From: Schmidtea polychroa
Taxonomy: Eukaryota
NCBI GenBank assembly: GCA_044892525.1
Contig: CM097885.1
Coordinates: 17,734,001-17,798,000, forward strand
Length of the DNA: 64,000 bases
Reading direction: 5' to 3'
Positions 34,625 through 53,930 of the stretch are shown piece after piece (position 1 is the first letter of the stretch; the number at the start of each line of letters is the position of its first letter). The notes beneath the pieces are model-generated. The model was not told where the DNA came from and did not search any database. It saw only the letters and a list, made by a program, of their open reading frames with translations. A program made the translations under genes and the position numbers.

Positions 34625-36540
34625 CCTTTTGCTGCGAATTATATATTCAATAAAATGAAAGAATTGTCAACTATAAAAATAGTACTTTTCAATTTCCTGG
34701 AATTTACCTGCTTTAATTTTCAAATTCTTTTTAATCTTTTCTTTATTTTCCTTTCTCTTTCGTCTCATTGATTCAAAATAAAATAAATCAAAATAAAACC
34801 TTTTTTCAAGAATTTAAAATTAAATTTTCTCTAAAATTCAAAAAATAAATAAAAATTTCTAAATTTTTAAACTTTCTATAACTAGTTCTTAAGTTTTCTA
34901 ATAAATAATATTATAAAATATTTATTTATCAAAAATTTTTAAAAATACGCAATTCAAAATTTTTCAAACATAATTATATTCTGATTTTTTTTCTAATGAT
35001 TTTTAAAAGTTTACTTCCTTAAAATTTTATCTACAGGAGGATTTAGATGTCCTTTAATTAATTGGTACAAGTTCCTTAGTTTATTTCCAATGTATATTTC
35101 TTTGCATTCATTGCAAAAAACCAGCTTGCAAGGAAATATCAATGCGCCGAAGATCAGCGCTTCCATACTTACAGAAAGTAAGTGCCATAATAATCGAAAA
35201 ACAAAGGATGGTCAATCAATGTTTTGAAGAGAAGGAGAACTATAAACATCAATTAAACATCAATTTAGTCCTACACAGAAACAGATATCACAATAAGGAC
35301 TTTGAAATAATGAATCCCAAAAAGATCTATGGAGACAACACAAAAAAAGAAATATTTTTATCTGAATATTACATTCATCAGCGACATACTCGATTTCAAG
35401 ATCATGAATAAAGTTAAACGCACTGGCCTTCCAATTCGGATACAACGTAAGTCTTGAACATTGAGGGAAGCTCTTGTAAGCAACAAAAAAAATGAAAACA
35501 TTTTCACAATGCAAAACTTCCAGACATCGAAAGATATGTGCTTCCGAAAAAACGTTGTATATAATGTATGCAAAGAAATATACTAGAACTACGCTCAGGA
35601 ACTTGCACCAAAGAGATAAAGAACATCTATATCCTGTTGGTAAATCCTCGGTATACAGACATCTTCAATGATGTCAATCAAGGAAAGAAAGAAAAAAAAA
35701 TTTAATTGAAATCGTAGCCAATGGCAACATCCCAAGAAATGTCAGATTTAAAGAGCCGATTCTCATCATAAACAGACGGCCAACAATCAATCCTAAAGAA
35801 TAAATCAATGAAATTATCAGTTTGATTAGTTGTTATTGACCTTGTGAATATTTTCATTTTAAAAAATAATATAAAAAACTAGATCAAATTTTAAGGAAGT
35901 AAACTTTTAAGAATCATTAGGAAAATAATCAGAATATAATTATGTTTAAATTACGTATATAAATAGTTATTTAAACTTTTTTGATAAATAAATATTTTAT
36001 AATATTATTCATTGGAAAACTTAAGAACTAGTTATAGAAACTTTAAAAATTTAAAAATTTTTTTATTGTTTTATTTTGAATTTTAAAGTAAATTTAATTT
36101 TGAATTCTTGAAAAAAGGTTTTATTTTGATTTAATTTATTTTGAATCAATAAGGAGAGAAAGCAAAATAAAGAGAAGATTAAAAAGCATTTGAAAATTAA
36201 AGCAACTAAATTCTAGGAAATTGAAAAGTACTATTTTTATAGTTGAAAATTCTTTCATTTTATTGAATATTTTTATACATATATATTTATACTTTACAGC
36301 AAAAGGCTTAAATAATCATTTAATTATTATAAGAACTTTTTTTCCAATTTCACCACTGATTATTTTTTCCATTGAATTTATTAAAAAGAGAGCTTGAAGA
36401 TTATAAATCAGTAATATATCGATGTTTTTGATACTCACTAATTTTCGGCAGTGCCTTTTTTAAGTGAATTTTTTTTAAATTGTTTTCATTTAATTGTTTA
36501 ATATTGAATTAATGCTGCTACCAAGAAATCATCACTTTAT
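34625..36540 (+). mobile_element. Degenerate Penelope-like element with its ~400-bp tail also present inverted at the 5' side
   Basis: 35500-35839 is homologous to the GIY-YIG region at 22534-22900. 34625-35025 is an inverted copy of ~35885-36310. Confidence 0.75.
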
Positions 36541-36543
36541 AAT

Positions 36544-36578
<35 letters not shown>

Positions 36579-36592
36579 ATTATTATTATTAA

Positions 36593-36717
<125 letters not shown>

Positions 36718-37035
36718 TGATGTAATTATAATGGGATATTTGATTTCCCTAACCTTTACCCTAAGTTTTTGGAATTTATCAATTAGTCTTATTCTTTACA
36801 AGGCCACCAGGCTTTCAATCCAGGAATTATTACGGATTCTCTCGCAACCGAAGCTCTATTCAATTGGAAATGATTTGGAAGAATTTATTGAGAAGATTGA
36901 ATTATACTTTTTAATTATTCAGAAAAGTCATTGTTCGAGCTTATTTGGATGAAAATTGCCACAACAAATATGACAAAATTCCAGATGAAGAAAAGGCTTA
37001 GATTAGCATTCGAAGACAACTTGGATTTAGCTAAG
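36718..37035 (+). mobile_element. Probable 5' remnant (LTR start plus gag fragment) of a Ty3/Gypsy element
   Basis: Starts tgatgtaattataatgggatatttgat, similar to the post-PPT sequence at ~59150. Gag-like PKLYSIGNDLEEFIEKIELYF and KKRLRLAF. Confidence 0.5.
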
Positions 37036-37142
37036 AGTAGATGGATTGGGCACCGCTGGCACAGGGCACCGCTAGCACAGTACCCCCCTCCCCCCGTCGG
37101 TAAGATTTTCAAAAATATTCTAAGTCTAAAAGTACATTTTTT

Positions 37143-37645
37143 TTCAAGGTCAAATTTAAACAAAGACATATGACTCATCAAGGTCATTTAAACAAAGACC
37201 ATGACTCATCAAGGTCATTTTCAAGGTCGTATGGCTCATACTATGACTCATCAAGGTCATTTTCAAGGTCATATGACTCGTCCGATGAGTCATAAAAATT
37301 TTCAAGGTCATTTAAACAAGGATCATGACTCATTCAAGGTCATTTTCAAGGTCATGTGACTCATTCAAGGTCATTTTCAAGGTCATATGACTCATTCAAG
37401 GTCATTTTCAAGGTCATATGACTCATTCAAGGTCATTCTCAAGGTCATATGACTCATACTATGACTCATCAAAAAATTTCCAAGGTCATATGACTCATAC
37501 TATGACTCATCAAAAAATTTCCAAGGTCATATGACTCATACTATGACTCATCAAAAATTTTCAAGGTCATTTTCAAGGTCATATGACTCATCCAAGGTCA
37601 TTCTCAAGGTCATATGAGTCATCGCGATGAGTCATCAAGGTCATA
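37143..37645 (+). repeat. Subterminal array of ATGACTCAT and TCAAGGTCA motifs (inverted copy ~55225-55862)
   Basis: Dozens of tgactcat and caaggtca units alternate with variable spacing. Confidence 0.9.
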
Positions 37646-38159
37646 TTATTATTTTTAAAAAATATTATTATTTTTATTATTATTTTTTCAAAATATTATT
37701 AAGTGTGCTAGCGGTGCCCTACTATTTGGCATGCCAAAAGTTATCGTTCCCATCATTTTATTTCATCGATCGATAGCTTGTTTTGAAGCTTGGTGCAAGA
37801 CCTTTCGAATGAGGTATAATGGTCATCACCATCATTAATATTGGCAAAGTTATTAACATTTTCCCGAGACCATTTTCAAGGTCATTTGACTATTTTATTA
37901 TTATTTTTTAAAATATTATTTTTTTTTCAAGGTCATTTATTTTTTCAAGGTCAAATTTTTTCAAGGTCAATTTTTTTTCAAGGTCAAATTTTTTTTCAAG
38001 GTCATATTTTAAAATTTAAATTTACAGAGTTCCCGCCAACGAACATTATTCAACGATAGCTCATTTGAAAGCCCAATCCAGGACCTTTCGATTGAGCCAT
38101 ATATCTCATTATTAACATTATTATTTCTAAAGATATTATTATTATTATAATTATTATTA

Positions 38160-42537
<4,378 letters not shown>

Positions 42538-42602
42538 CATCATTATTATTATTATTATTTTTATTATTATTATTATTATTATCATCATTATTATTATTAT
42601 TA

Positions 42603-42724
<122 letters not shown>

Positions 42725-43045
42725 ATTTTCAAAGTTATTTTGAAAATTCGTCTTCTTATTATTATTATAATTTACAAATATTCATAAAACTTAATTTCTA
42801 CCTCAATTACATGATTTTCAACATTTTCATCATTTGCATGATTATTTTAATAATTTTCATTATTTTCATAATTTTCTACATTTTCAATATTTTCATAATT
42901 TCCAACATTTTCATAATTTTCTACATTTTCAATATTTTCATTATTATTTCAGGAACATTTTCATCAAATATTTTTCAAAGTAATATTTCCGTTAGCTTAT
43001 TTTCAAACAGTTCTTATTATTACTTTTATTATTATTTACAAAGTT

Positions 43046-43079
<34 letters not shown>

Positions 43080-43320
43080 GATTATTATTGCAAATATTCA
43101 TAAAACTTAATTTCTACCTCAATTTCATGATTTTCAACATTTTCATCATTTACATGAATATTTTCATCATTTGCATGATTATTTTAATAATTTTCTACAT
43201 TTTCAATATTTTCACGATTTTCAACATTTTCATGATTATTTCAGGAACTTTTCATCGAATATTTTTCAAAGTATAATTTTCAAAGAATTATTTTCAAATT
43301 ATTTTCAAAGTTTTTATCAA

Positions 43321-43383
<63 letters not shown>

Positions 43384-43887
43384 CATTATTATTATTATTA
43401 TTATTATTATGATTATTATTGCAAATATTCATAAAACTTAATTTCTACCTCAATTTCATGATTTTCAACATTTTCATCATTTACATGAATATTTTCATCA
43501 TTTGCATGATTATTTTAATAATTTTCATTATTTTCATAATTTTCTACATTTTCAATATTTTCACGATTTTCAACATTTTCACGATTTCAGCATTTTCATG
43601 ATTATTTCAGGAACATTTTCATCAAATATTTTTCAAAGTATTATTTTCAAAGAATTATTTTCATTATTATTATTTACTTAAATATTCATAAAACTTAATT
43701 TCTACCTCAATTACATGATTTTCAACATTTTCATCATTTGCATGATTATTTAAATAATTTTCTACATTTTCAATATTTTCACGATTTTCAACATTTTCAT
43801 GATTATTTCAGGAACTTTTCATCGAATATTTTTCAAAGTATTATTTTCAAAGAATTATTTTCAAATTATTTTCAAAGTTTTTATCAA

Positions 43888-43953
<66 letters not shown>

Positions 43954-44458
43954 CATTATTATTATTATTATTATTATTATGATTATTATTGCAAATATTC
44001 ATAAAACTTAATTTCTACCTCAATTTCATGATTTTCAACATTTTCATCATTTACATGAATATTTTCATCATTTGCATGATTATTTTAATAATTTTCATTA
44101 TTTTCATAATTTTCTACATTTTCAATATTTTCACGATTTTCAACATTTTCACGATTTTCAGCATTTTCATGATTATTTCAGGAACATTTTCATCAAATAT
44201 TTTTCAAAGTATTATTTTCAAAGAATTATTTTCATTATTATTATTTACTTAAATATTCATAAAACTTAATTTCTACCTCAATTACATGATTTTCAACATT
44301 TTCATCATTTGCATGATTATTTAAATAATTTTCTACATTTTCAATATTTTCACGATTTTCAACATTTTCATGATTATTTCAGGAACTTTTCATCGAATAT
44401 TTTTCAAAGTATTATTTTCAAAGAATTATTTTCAAATTATTTTCAAAGTTTTTATCAA

Positions 44459-44600
<142 letters not shown>

Positions 44601-44985
44601 TGCGAAGTTCTTATTATTTTATTTTCGATGTTTTATTATTATTTACTTAAATATTCATAAAACTTAATTTCTGCATCAATTTACGATTTTCAATATTTGA
44701 TGATTATTTTCAGGAACATTTTCATAATGTTTAACGTTTTCATCATTTTCAATATTTTCATCATTTTCATCATTTTCAATATTTTCACGATTTTAAACAT
44801 TTTCAGGAACATTTTCCTCATTTTCAACATTTTCTATATTTTCATGATTTTTAACATTTTAATAATTTTCACGATTTTCAATATTTTCATGATTAAATAT
44901 TATTATTGTCATTTTCAAGGTCGCATGACTCATCCAAGGTCATTCTCAAGGTCATATGAGTCATCGCGATGAGTCATCAAGGTCA

Positions 44986-45024
<39 letters not shown>

Positions 45025-45422
45025 CTCCTTGCCTATCCGACAAAATATTTTGTCCCCCTATGGGTACTGCTCACACTCAACAGGTTGCAAGGTTACTAGT
45101 CATGCTTATTATTATTGTTATACAATATGATCTTACTTAGACATTTGAAGGTTCAACCATGGTTACAATTTCTAAATTTTGAAAACTCTAATTTGATTGG
45201 CTATCTCAATTTTTATAAATGTAAAAACAAAAGTAATTTATTTATTAAGAAATTTATTACTGATGATTTCTACAAGTAAAACTGTTGAATATGAATGTGT
45301 AAATCACAAAACACATTTGGTAACTTTATTATTTTGTCAATATTTTTTATATATGTCACTTATAGCAAGGAAGTCCTACTAGAAATAAGGAAAAATTAAG
45401 TCCAACCTATTCTGAAATTTCA

Positions 45423-45915
45423 TTGAAATTTTTCAACAACACAGTTGAAGATTTTATAAATAATCATGATACTTACAGTGATAAGCAAATCATAAATATT
45501 TTAAAAATTTTCAAACATTCCTCTATTGAATATTTGATTGATTTATTTAATTATGATAAATGCATTTTGAAGTTATCTAGTTATTTAATGTATTTAGAAA
45601 AAACAGTGGTAAACGACGATTCACTGAATGAATTACTTTTGGAGTTGCATGTATTTAAGGTTGAAACCGGGATATAGTAGATTGATTTATGAATGGATAG
45701 CAAAAGCCGACTTGATTGAAAATAAGCTAACGGAAAAACTGAACGATGTTAAGAAAAGGTATTTAACCTGTTCAATTTGTAAAGAAAATCAAGTTTCGGT
45801 TTTGTATTTACCGTGTGGTCACGTAATTGTTTGTTCTAAGTGTCACGAGAAGAATGTTCGCAATCGTCAAGCCTGTTTAATACTGATTAATGAATATCAT
45901 ACTATATACATGTAA
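45423..45915 (+). pseudogene. Frameshifted gene ending in an IAP/MDM2-type RING finger
   Basis: CSICKENQVSVLYLPCGHVIVCSKC...RQAC...YHTIYM*, where the penultimate Cys appears replaced by Arg. The upstream part is in another frame. Confidence 0.7.
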
Positions 45916-48900
45916 GTTCTCAATACAAATCAATACAATATCAAAGTCAAATGAATTATTAACAGACATAATGACGGTACTATAATGTAGGAAATTTTCA
46001 AACATTGAATAATATGAAATCAGCTTGGTAATTAATTATATTGGGCGCAACTACCAAATGTTGATGATATGATGAAGGGAATGGTATTTATAATATTATT
46101 TTTAGATTATTCAGAATGAAATATACCCATGAGTTCATCAAAATGGAAAACGATCTTCGCAAGAACCATGAAGATGCTGGATGTATTGGTTATTATTTTT
46201 TCGGAAATAAATGTTTTAATTTGTTTTTATAAATTTATTGTTTTATTGTAATACTTTTTGATTAAAACATATTCATTTTGTTTTAATATTTGTATTAATT
46301 TTTTTTATATAGTGTTATTTATATATATGGAAATTTACAATTATATATAAATTATATTTACAATTATTATAAATCATAATGATGCTTTTCTTCTGTTCAT
46401 TGATTCTCCTCAGATATTACTGCCATAATCATCTTCGACAAAATGTAAAGATAATATTTCTAGTGTCTTTGTTAATCATGCCCATTTATTGCTAAGTCTT
46501 TGTTAATTATGCACTTGTATTGCAAATTTATTAGTCATACAATTATATTATTTTTTCATAATATTATTATTTTTAATTTTATTATTATGATTATTTAACA
46601 ATACCATATAGCAAATTTTTAGGCAATTTAGTGAAAAGTACATGGTTATTTTAAATATATAGCAATTTCTTAAGTAAAATATTTCCAGATAAATTTAAAA
46701 ATTTAGTTAGAAATCCATGGTTTTTGGCTGTACCCTTTAATTAAAATATTCTTGGATTCATAACAAATTTTTTTATATAGTTGATAGTAATACCAATTAT
46801 CTCAATTATTTAACTAGAAACATAACTGAATTCTTAGGTAATATAGTATTTTTTAGTTAATTTATAAATATTATCTGACATTTTAATGTATCAATGCAAT
46901 ATACAACAAATTAATCAATAAAAACCATAGCATATTGTAAGTTTTTATATATATTCTGAATTTATCCGACAATATATTTTGTCCCTCTATGTGTATTTGT
47001 CGTAAGGGTACTGCTTACATTCAACATGTCGCAAGGGTACTGCTTACATTCAACATGTCGCAAGGGTATATTAATTAAAGCACATGTATATTAGTTAAAT
47101 TTTCTTAGGTAATTTAGTGAGAAATGGATGATCATAGATATCAGAAATTCGTGAATATTTTGAATGTAACTTACCGAATTCTCATTTCGAGCGACTAATT
47201 TATTGGTTAACTTTGTCATGTTTAGTCATTTAAAATAATATTTAGCAAAAGGTAAGATATGAATATTTAGTATTTCATAGGTAATTTATTCATGTAATGT
47301 TCATTACAATAGTTAATATAACTTCGTGGGAAATGCATATTCATTAATAACAACATATATTCATTGATAATTTTGGTAGAAAGTCTTTATCATTTGGAGT
47401 AAATTTCTATCTTTGTTTGAGGCAAAAGGAGTCATAATAGAAACATGATCATTTAGTTATCATTTAACCAATTAAGGTGCTTATTAGTTAGAAATATAGG
47501 GTTACAATTCTTTTCTAATTTATTGAGATGATCATTGGGTGTAATATATCTTTGTGAGAAATACATGCTTAATATTATTAAATAGGGATTTTGAGTAACC
47601 TTTTACCAAAACAGCGATATTTTGTGCGAATAATTTAAGAATATTGGTTAATTTTCTCTTTTTTAGTCATTTAAAATAATATTTAACAAAGGTAATTTAG
47701 CAAAATATCATTGAAAGATTTATCCATCCGATAACTATATTTCTTCAATAGATTTTACCCTTAATATTCAACCGATTTAATTTCTAGAAATCTAATTAAA
47801 ATCATAAAATATTTTCAATAAAGATCAATTTTCTTTAGCTGTTGTCGATTTCCAACTTTTAAGTCAATATTTCTCAATATTTCCCCACAATGAATAAAAT
47901 AACTTCTTAAATAAAATAATTTAATAACCTTTGATATCAATCCCAATTAATTCTAAAGATTTCAAATATTTCATTGTCAAAACCAAGTAAATAGATCATT
48001 AACCCTAAACGACTTAATAAAACAATGGTTAATTAATAAAAATTGGTTCTAAAACATAAATTACTGTGCAATAACATTCATCACAACCTAATAAACCTCT
48101 AAAACGATATAATTTCACAGGAACTATTATTAATTCATAGCTAAATACTGACTATGTCCCTTTGATATTTTATCAATAAGAACATTGTCGATTTAAATAG
48201 AGATTTCAAACATTTCCACCTTAACCGATCCCTCACTAAATATTTCTACCCCTTTAAATATCCCTTTAAATACCATCTTAACTAAACCTTCACTAAATCC
48301 AACCGACTTTAATATATCAATTCTCTTAAAATCCATAGAAAATTCTTCAAAATATGAATTTTATTTAATTGTTACAGACATCCTTCCATTGAAATAATTT
48401 AGTATCTAAATTCATATAGTAAGAGCTCACTAAAAGATCAAAATTCACTAAAATCAATATTTTCAACAAATATTTCACCACATTTACCATCAAATACCTA
48501 ACTAGAGATGAAATATATTGATCATAATTCTTCATCGATTCAGCCAATTATATAGCAATTATAACCGTGATATATCTTTCAAAATCACAAATTTCAGTAT
48601 ATTTATCTCGAGTGTTATTAAAATTATCTTTCGACTTTACGCTTCTTACCATTTTAGAATTTGTGATTTTGAAAGATATATCACGGTTATAATTGCTATA
48701 TAATTGGCTGAATCGATGAAGAATTATGATCAATATATTTCATCTCTAGTTAGGTATTTGATGGTAAATGTGGTGAAATATTTGTTGAAAATATTGATTT
48801 TAGTGAATTTTGATCTTTTAGTGAGCTCTTACTATATGAATTTAGATACTAAATTATTTCAATGGAAGGATGTCTGTAACAATTAAATAAAATTCATATT

Positions 48901-51335
48901 TTGAAGAATTTTCTATGGATTTTAAGAGAATTGATATATTAAAGTCGGTTGGATTTAGTGAAGGTTTAGTTAAGATGGTATTTAAAGGGATATTTAAAGG
49001 GGTAGAAATATTTAGTGAGGGATCGGTTAAGGTGGAAATGTTTGAAATCTCTATTTAAATCGACAATGTTCTTATTGATAAAATATCAAAGGGACATAGT
49101 CAGTATTTAGCTATGAATTAATAATAGTTCCTGTGAAATTATATCGTTTTAGAGGTTTATTAGGTTGTGATGAATGTTATTGCACAGTAATTTATGTTTT
49201 AGAACCAATTTTTATTAATTAACCATTGTTTTATTAAGTCGTTTAGGGTTAATGATCTATTTACTTGGTTTTGACAATGAAATATTTGAAATCTTTAGAA
49301 TTAATTGGGATTGATATCAAAGGTTATTAAATTATTTTATTTAAGAAGTTATTTTATTCATTGTGGGGAAATATTGAGAAATATTGACTTAAAAGTTGGA
49401 AATCGACAACAGCTAAAGAAAATTGATCTTTATTGAAAATATTTTATGATTTTAATTAGATTTCTAGAAATTAAATCGGTTGAATATTAAGGGTAAAATC
49501 TATTGAAGAAATATAGTTATCGGATGGATAAATCTTTCAATGATATTTTGCTAAATTACCTTTGTTAAATATTATTTTAAATGACTAAAAAAGAGAAAAT
49601 TAACCAATATTCTTAAATTATTCGCACAAAATATCGCTGTTTTGGTAAAAGGTTACTCAAAATCCCTATTTAATAATGTTAAGCATGTATTTCTCACAAA
49701 GATATATTACACCCAATGATCATCTCAATAAATTAGAAAAGAATTGTAACCCTATATTTCTAACTAATAAGCACCTTAATTGGTTAAATGATAACTAAAT
49801 GATCATGTTTCTATTATGACTCCTTTTGCCTCAAACAAAGATAGAAATTTACTCCAAATGATAAAGACTTTCTACCAAAATTATCAATGAATATATGTTG
49901 TTATTAATGAATATGCATTTCCCACGAAGTTATATTAACTATTGTAATGAACATTACATGAATAAATTACCTATGAAATACTAAATATTCATATCTTACC
50001 TTTTGCTAAATATTATTTTAAATGACTAAACATGACAAAGTTAACCAATAAATTAGTCGCTCGAAATGAGAATTCGGTAAGTTACATTCAAAATATTCAC
50101 GAATTTCTGATATCTATGATCATCCATTTCTCACTAAATTACCTAAGAAAATTTAACTAATATACATGTGCTTTAATTAATATACCCTTGCGACATGTTG
50201 AATGTAAGCAGTACCCTTGCGACATGTTGAATGTAAGCAGTACCCTTACGACAAATACACATAGAGGGACAAAATATATTGTCGGATAAATTCAGAATAT
50301 ATATAAAAACTTACAATATGCTATGGTTTTTATTGATTAATTTGTTGTATATTGCATTGATACATTAAAATGTCAGATAATATTTATAAATTAACTAAAA
50401 AATACTATATTACCTAAGAATTCAGTTATGTTTCTAGTTAAATAATTGAGATAATTGGTATTACTATCAACTATATAAAAAAATTTGTTATGAATCCAAG
50501 AATATTTTAATTAAAGGGTACAGCCAAAAACCATGGATTTCTAACTAAATTTTTAAATTTATCTGGAAATATTTTACTTAAGAAATTGCTATATATTTAA
50601 AATAACCATGTACTTTTCACTAAATTGCCTAAAAATTTGCTATATGGTATTGTTAAATAATCATAATAATAAAATTAAAAATAATAATATTATGAAAAAA
50701 TAATATAATTGTATGACTAATAAATTTGCAATACAAGTGCATAATTAACAAAGACTTAGCAATAAATGGGCATGATTAACAAAGACACTAGAAATATTAT
50801 CTTTACATTTTGTCGAAGATGATTATGGCAGTAATATCTGAGGAGAATCAATGAACAGAAGAAAAGCATCATTATGATTTATAATAATTGTAAATATAAT
50901 TTATATATAATTGTAAATTTCCATATATATAAATAACACTATATAAAAAAAATTAATACAAATATTAAAACAAAATGAATATGTTTTAATCAAAAAGTAT
51001 TACAATAAAACAATAAATTTATAAAAACAAATTAAAACATTTATTTCCGAAAAAATAATAACCAATACATCCAGCATCTTCATGGTTCTTGCGAAGATCG
51101 TTTTCCATTTTGATGAACTCATGGGTATATTTCATTCTGAATAATCTAAAAATAATATTATAAATACCATTCCCTTCATCATATCATCAACATTTGGTAG
51201 TTGCGCCCAATATAATTAATTACCAAGCTGATTTCATATTATTCAATGTTTGAAAATTTCCTACATTATAGTACCGTCATTATGTCTGTTAATAATTCAT
51301 TTGACTTTGATATTGTATTGATTTGTATTGAGAAC

Positions 51336-51828
51336 TTACATGTATATAGTATGATATTCATTAATCAGTATTAAACAGGCTTGACGATTGCGAACATTCT
51401 TCTCGTGACACTTAGAACAAACAATTACGTGACCACACGGTAAATACAAAACCGAAACTTGATTTTCTTTACAAATTGAACAGGTTAAATACCTTTTCTT
51501 AACATCGTTCAGTTTTTCCGTTAGCTTATTTTCAATCAAGTCGGCTTTTGCTATCCATTCATAAATCAATCTACTATATCCCGGTTTCAACCTTAAATAC
51601 ATGCAACTCCAAAAGTAATTCATTCAGTGAATCGTCGTTTACCACTGTTTTTTCTAAATACATTAAATAACTAGATAACTTCAAAATGCATTTATCATAA
51701 TTAAATAAATCAATCAAATATTCAATAGAGGAATGTTTGAAAATTTTTAAAATATTTATGATTTGCTTATCACTGTAAGTATCATGATTATTTATAAAAT
51801 CTTCAACTGTGTTGTTGAAAAATTTCAA
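51336..51828 (-). pseudogene. Mirror copy of the RING-finger pseudogene
   Basis: Translation identical to 45423-45915. Confidence 0.7.
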
Positions 51829-52647
51829 TGAAATTTCAGAATAGGTTGGACTTAATTTTTCCTTATTTCTAGTAGGACTTCCTTGCTATAAGTGACATAT
51901 ATAAAAAATATTGACAAAATAATAAAGTTACCAAATGTGTTTTGTGATTTACACATTCATATTCAACAGTTTTACTTGTAGAAATCATCAGTAATAAATT
52001 TCTTAATAAATAAATTACTTTTGTTTTTACATTTATAAAAATTGAGATAGCCAATCAAATTAGAGTTTTCAAAATTTAGAAATTGTAACCATGGTTGAAC
52101 CTTCAAATGTCTAAGTAAGATCATATTGTATAACAATAATAATAAGCATGACTAGTAACCTTTCAACCTGTTGAGTGTGAGCAGTACCCATAGGGGGACA
52201 AAATATTTTGTCGGATAGACAAGGAGTATATAATAATAATAATAATAATATGACCTTGATGACTCATCGCGATGACTCATATGACCTTGAGAATGACCTT
52301 GGATGAGTCATGCGACCTTGAAAATGACAATAATAATATTTAATCATGAAAATATTGAAAATCGTGAAAATTATTAAAATGTTAAAAATCATGAAAATAT
52401 AGAAAATGTTGAAAATGAGGAAAATGTTCCTGAAAATGTTTAAAATCGTGAAAATATTGAAAATGATGAAAATGATGAAAATATTGAAAATGATGAAAAC
52501 GTTAAACATTATGAAAATGTTCCTGAAAATAATCATCAAATATTGAAAATCGTAAATTGATGCAGAAATTAAGTTTTATGAATATTTAAGTAAATAAAAA
52601 TAAAACATCGAAAATAAAATAATAAGAACTTCGCAAATAATAATAAT

Positions 52648-52846
<199 letters not shown>

Positions 52847-53073
52847 TTGATAAAAACTTTGAAAATAATTTGAAAATAATACTTTGAAAAATATTCGATG
52901 AAAAAATCCTGAAATAATCATGAAAATGTAGAAAATTATTAAAATAATCATGCAAATGATGAAAATGTTGAAAATCATGTAATTGACGTAGAAATAATAA
53001 ATATTTTATAAATATTTAAGTAAATAATAATAATGAAACTTCTAAATTAAAATAATAATTAGAACTTTCCAAA

Positions 53074-53116
<43 letters not shown>

Positions 53117-53370
53117 TCTTTGAAAATAATTCTTTAAAAATAATACTTTGAAAAATATTTGATGAAAATGATCCTGAAATAATCATGAAAATGCTGAAAA
53201 TCGTGAAAATGTTGAAAATCCTGAAAATGCTGAAAATCATGAAAATGTTGAAAATCGTGAAAATATTGAAAATGTAGAAAATTATGAAAATATTCATGCA
53301 AATGATGAAAATGTTGAAAATCATGAAATTGACGTAGAAATAAAGTTTTATGAATATTTGCAATAATAAT

Positions 53371-53414
<44 letters not shown>

Positions 53415-53777
53415 AACTTTGTAAATAATAATAAAAGTAATAATAAGAACTGTTTGAAAATAAGCTAACGGAAATATTACTTTGAAAAATATTTGATGAA
53501 AATGTTCATGTAACTAATGAAAATGTTCCTGAAATAATAATGAAAATATTGAAAATGTAGAAAATTATGAAAATGTTAAAAATCCATAAAATATTAATAA
53601 TTATGAAAATCATGAAAATGTTGGAAATTATGAAAATATTGAAAATTATTAAAATAATCATGCAAATGATGAAAATGTTGAAAATCATGTAATTGAGGTA
53701 GAAATTAAGTTTTATGAATATTTGTAAATTATAATAATAATAATAATAAGAAGAATTTTCAAAATAACTTTGAAAAT

Positions 53778-53821
<44 letters not shown>

Positions 53822-53864
53822 TAATAATAATAATAATAATGATAATAACAATAATAATAATAAT

Positions 53865-53930
<66 letters not shown>

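Noticed and set aside
37143..37645. CRISPR-like appearance of the motif array
   Set aside because: No constant repeat with unique spacers, no cas genes, and a eukaryotic context.
48365..48886. Small ORFs across the palindrome centre
   Set aside because: About 60 aa, TTG starts, no recognisable motifs; the mirroring comes from the palindrome itself.
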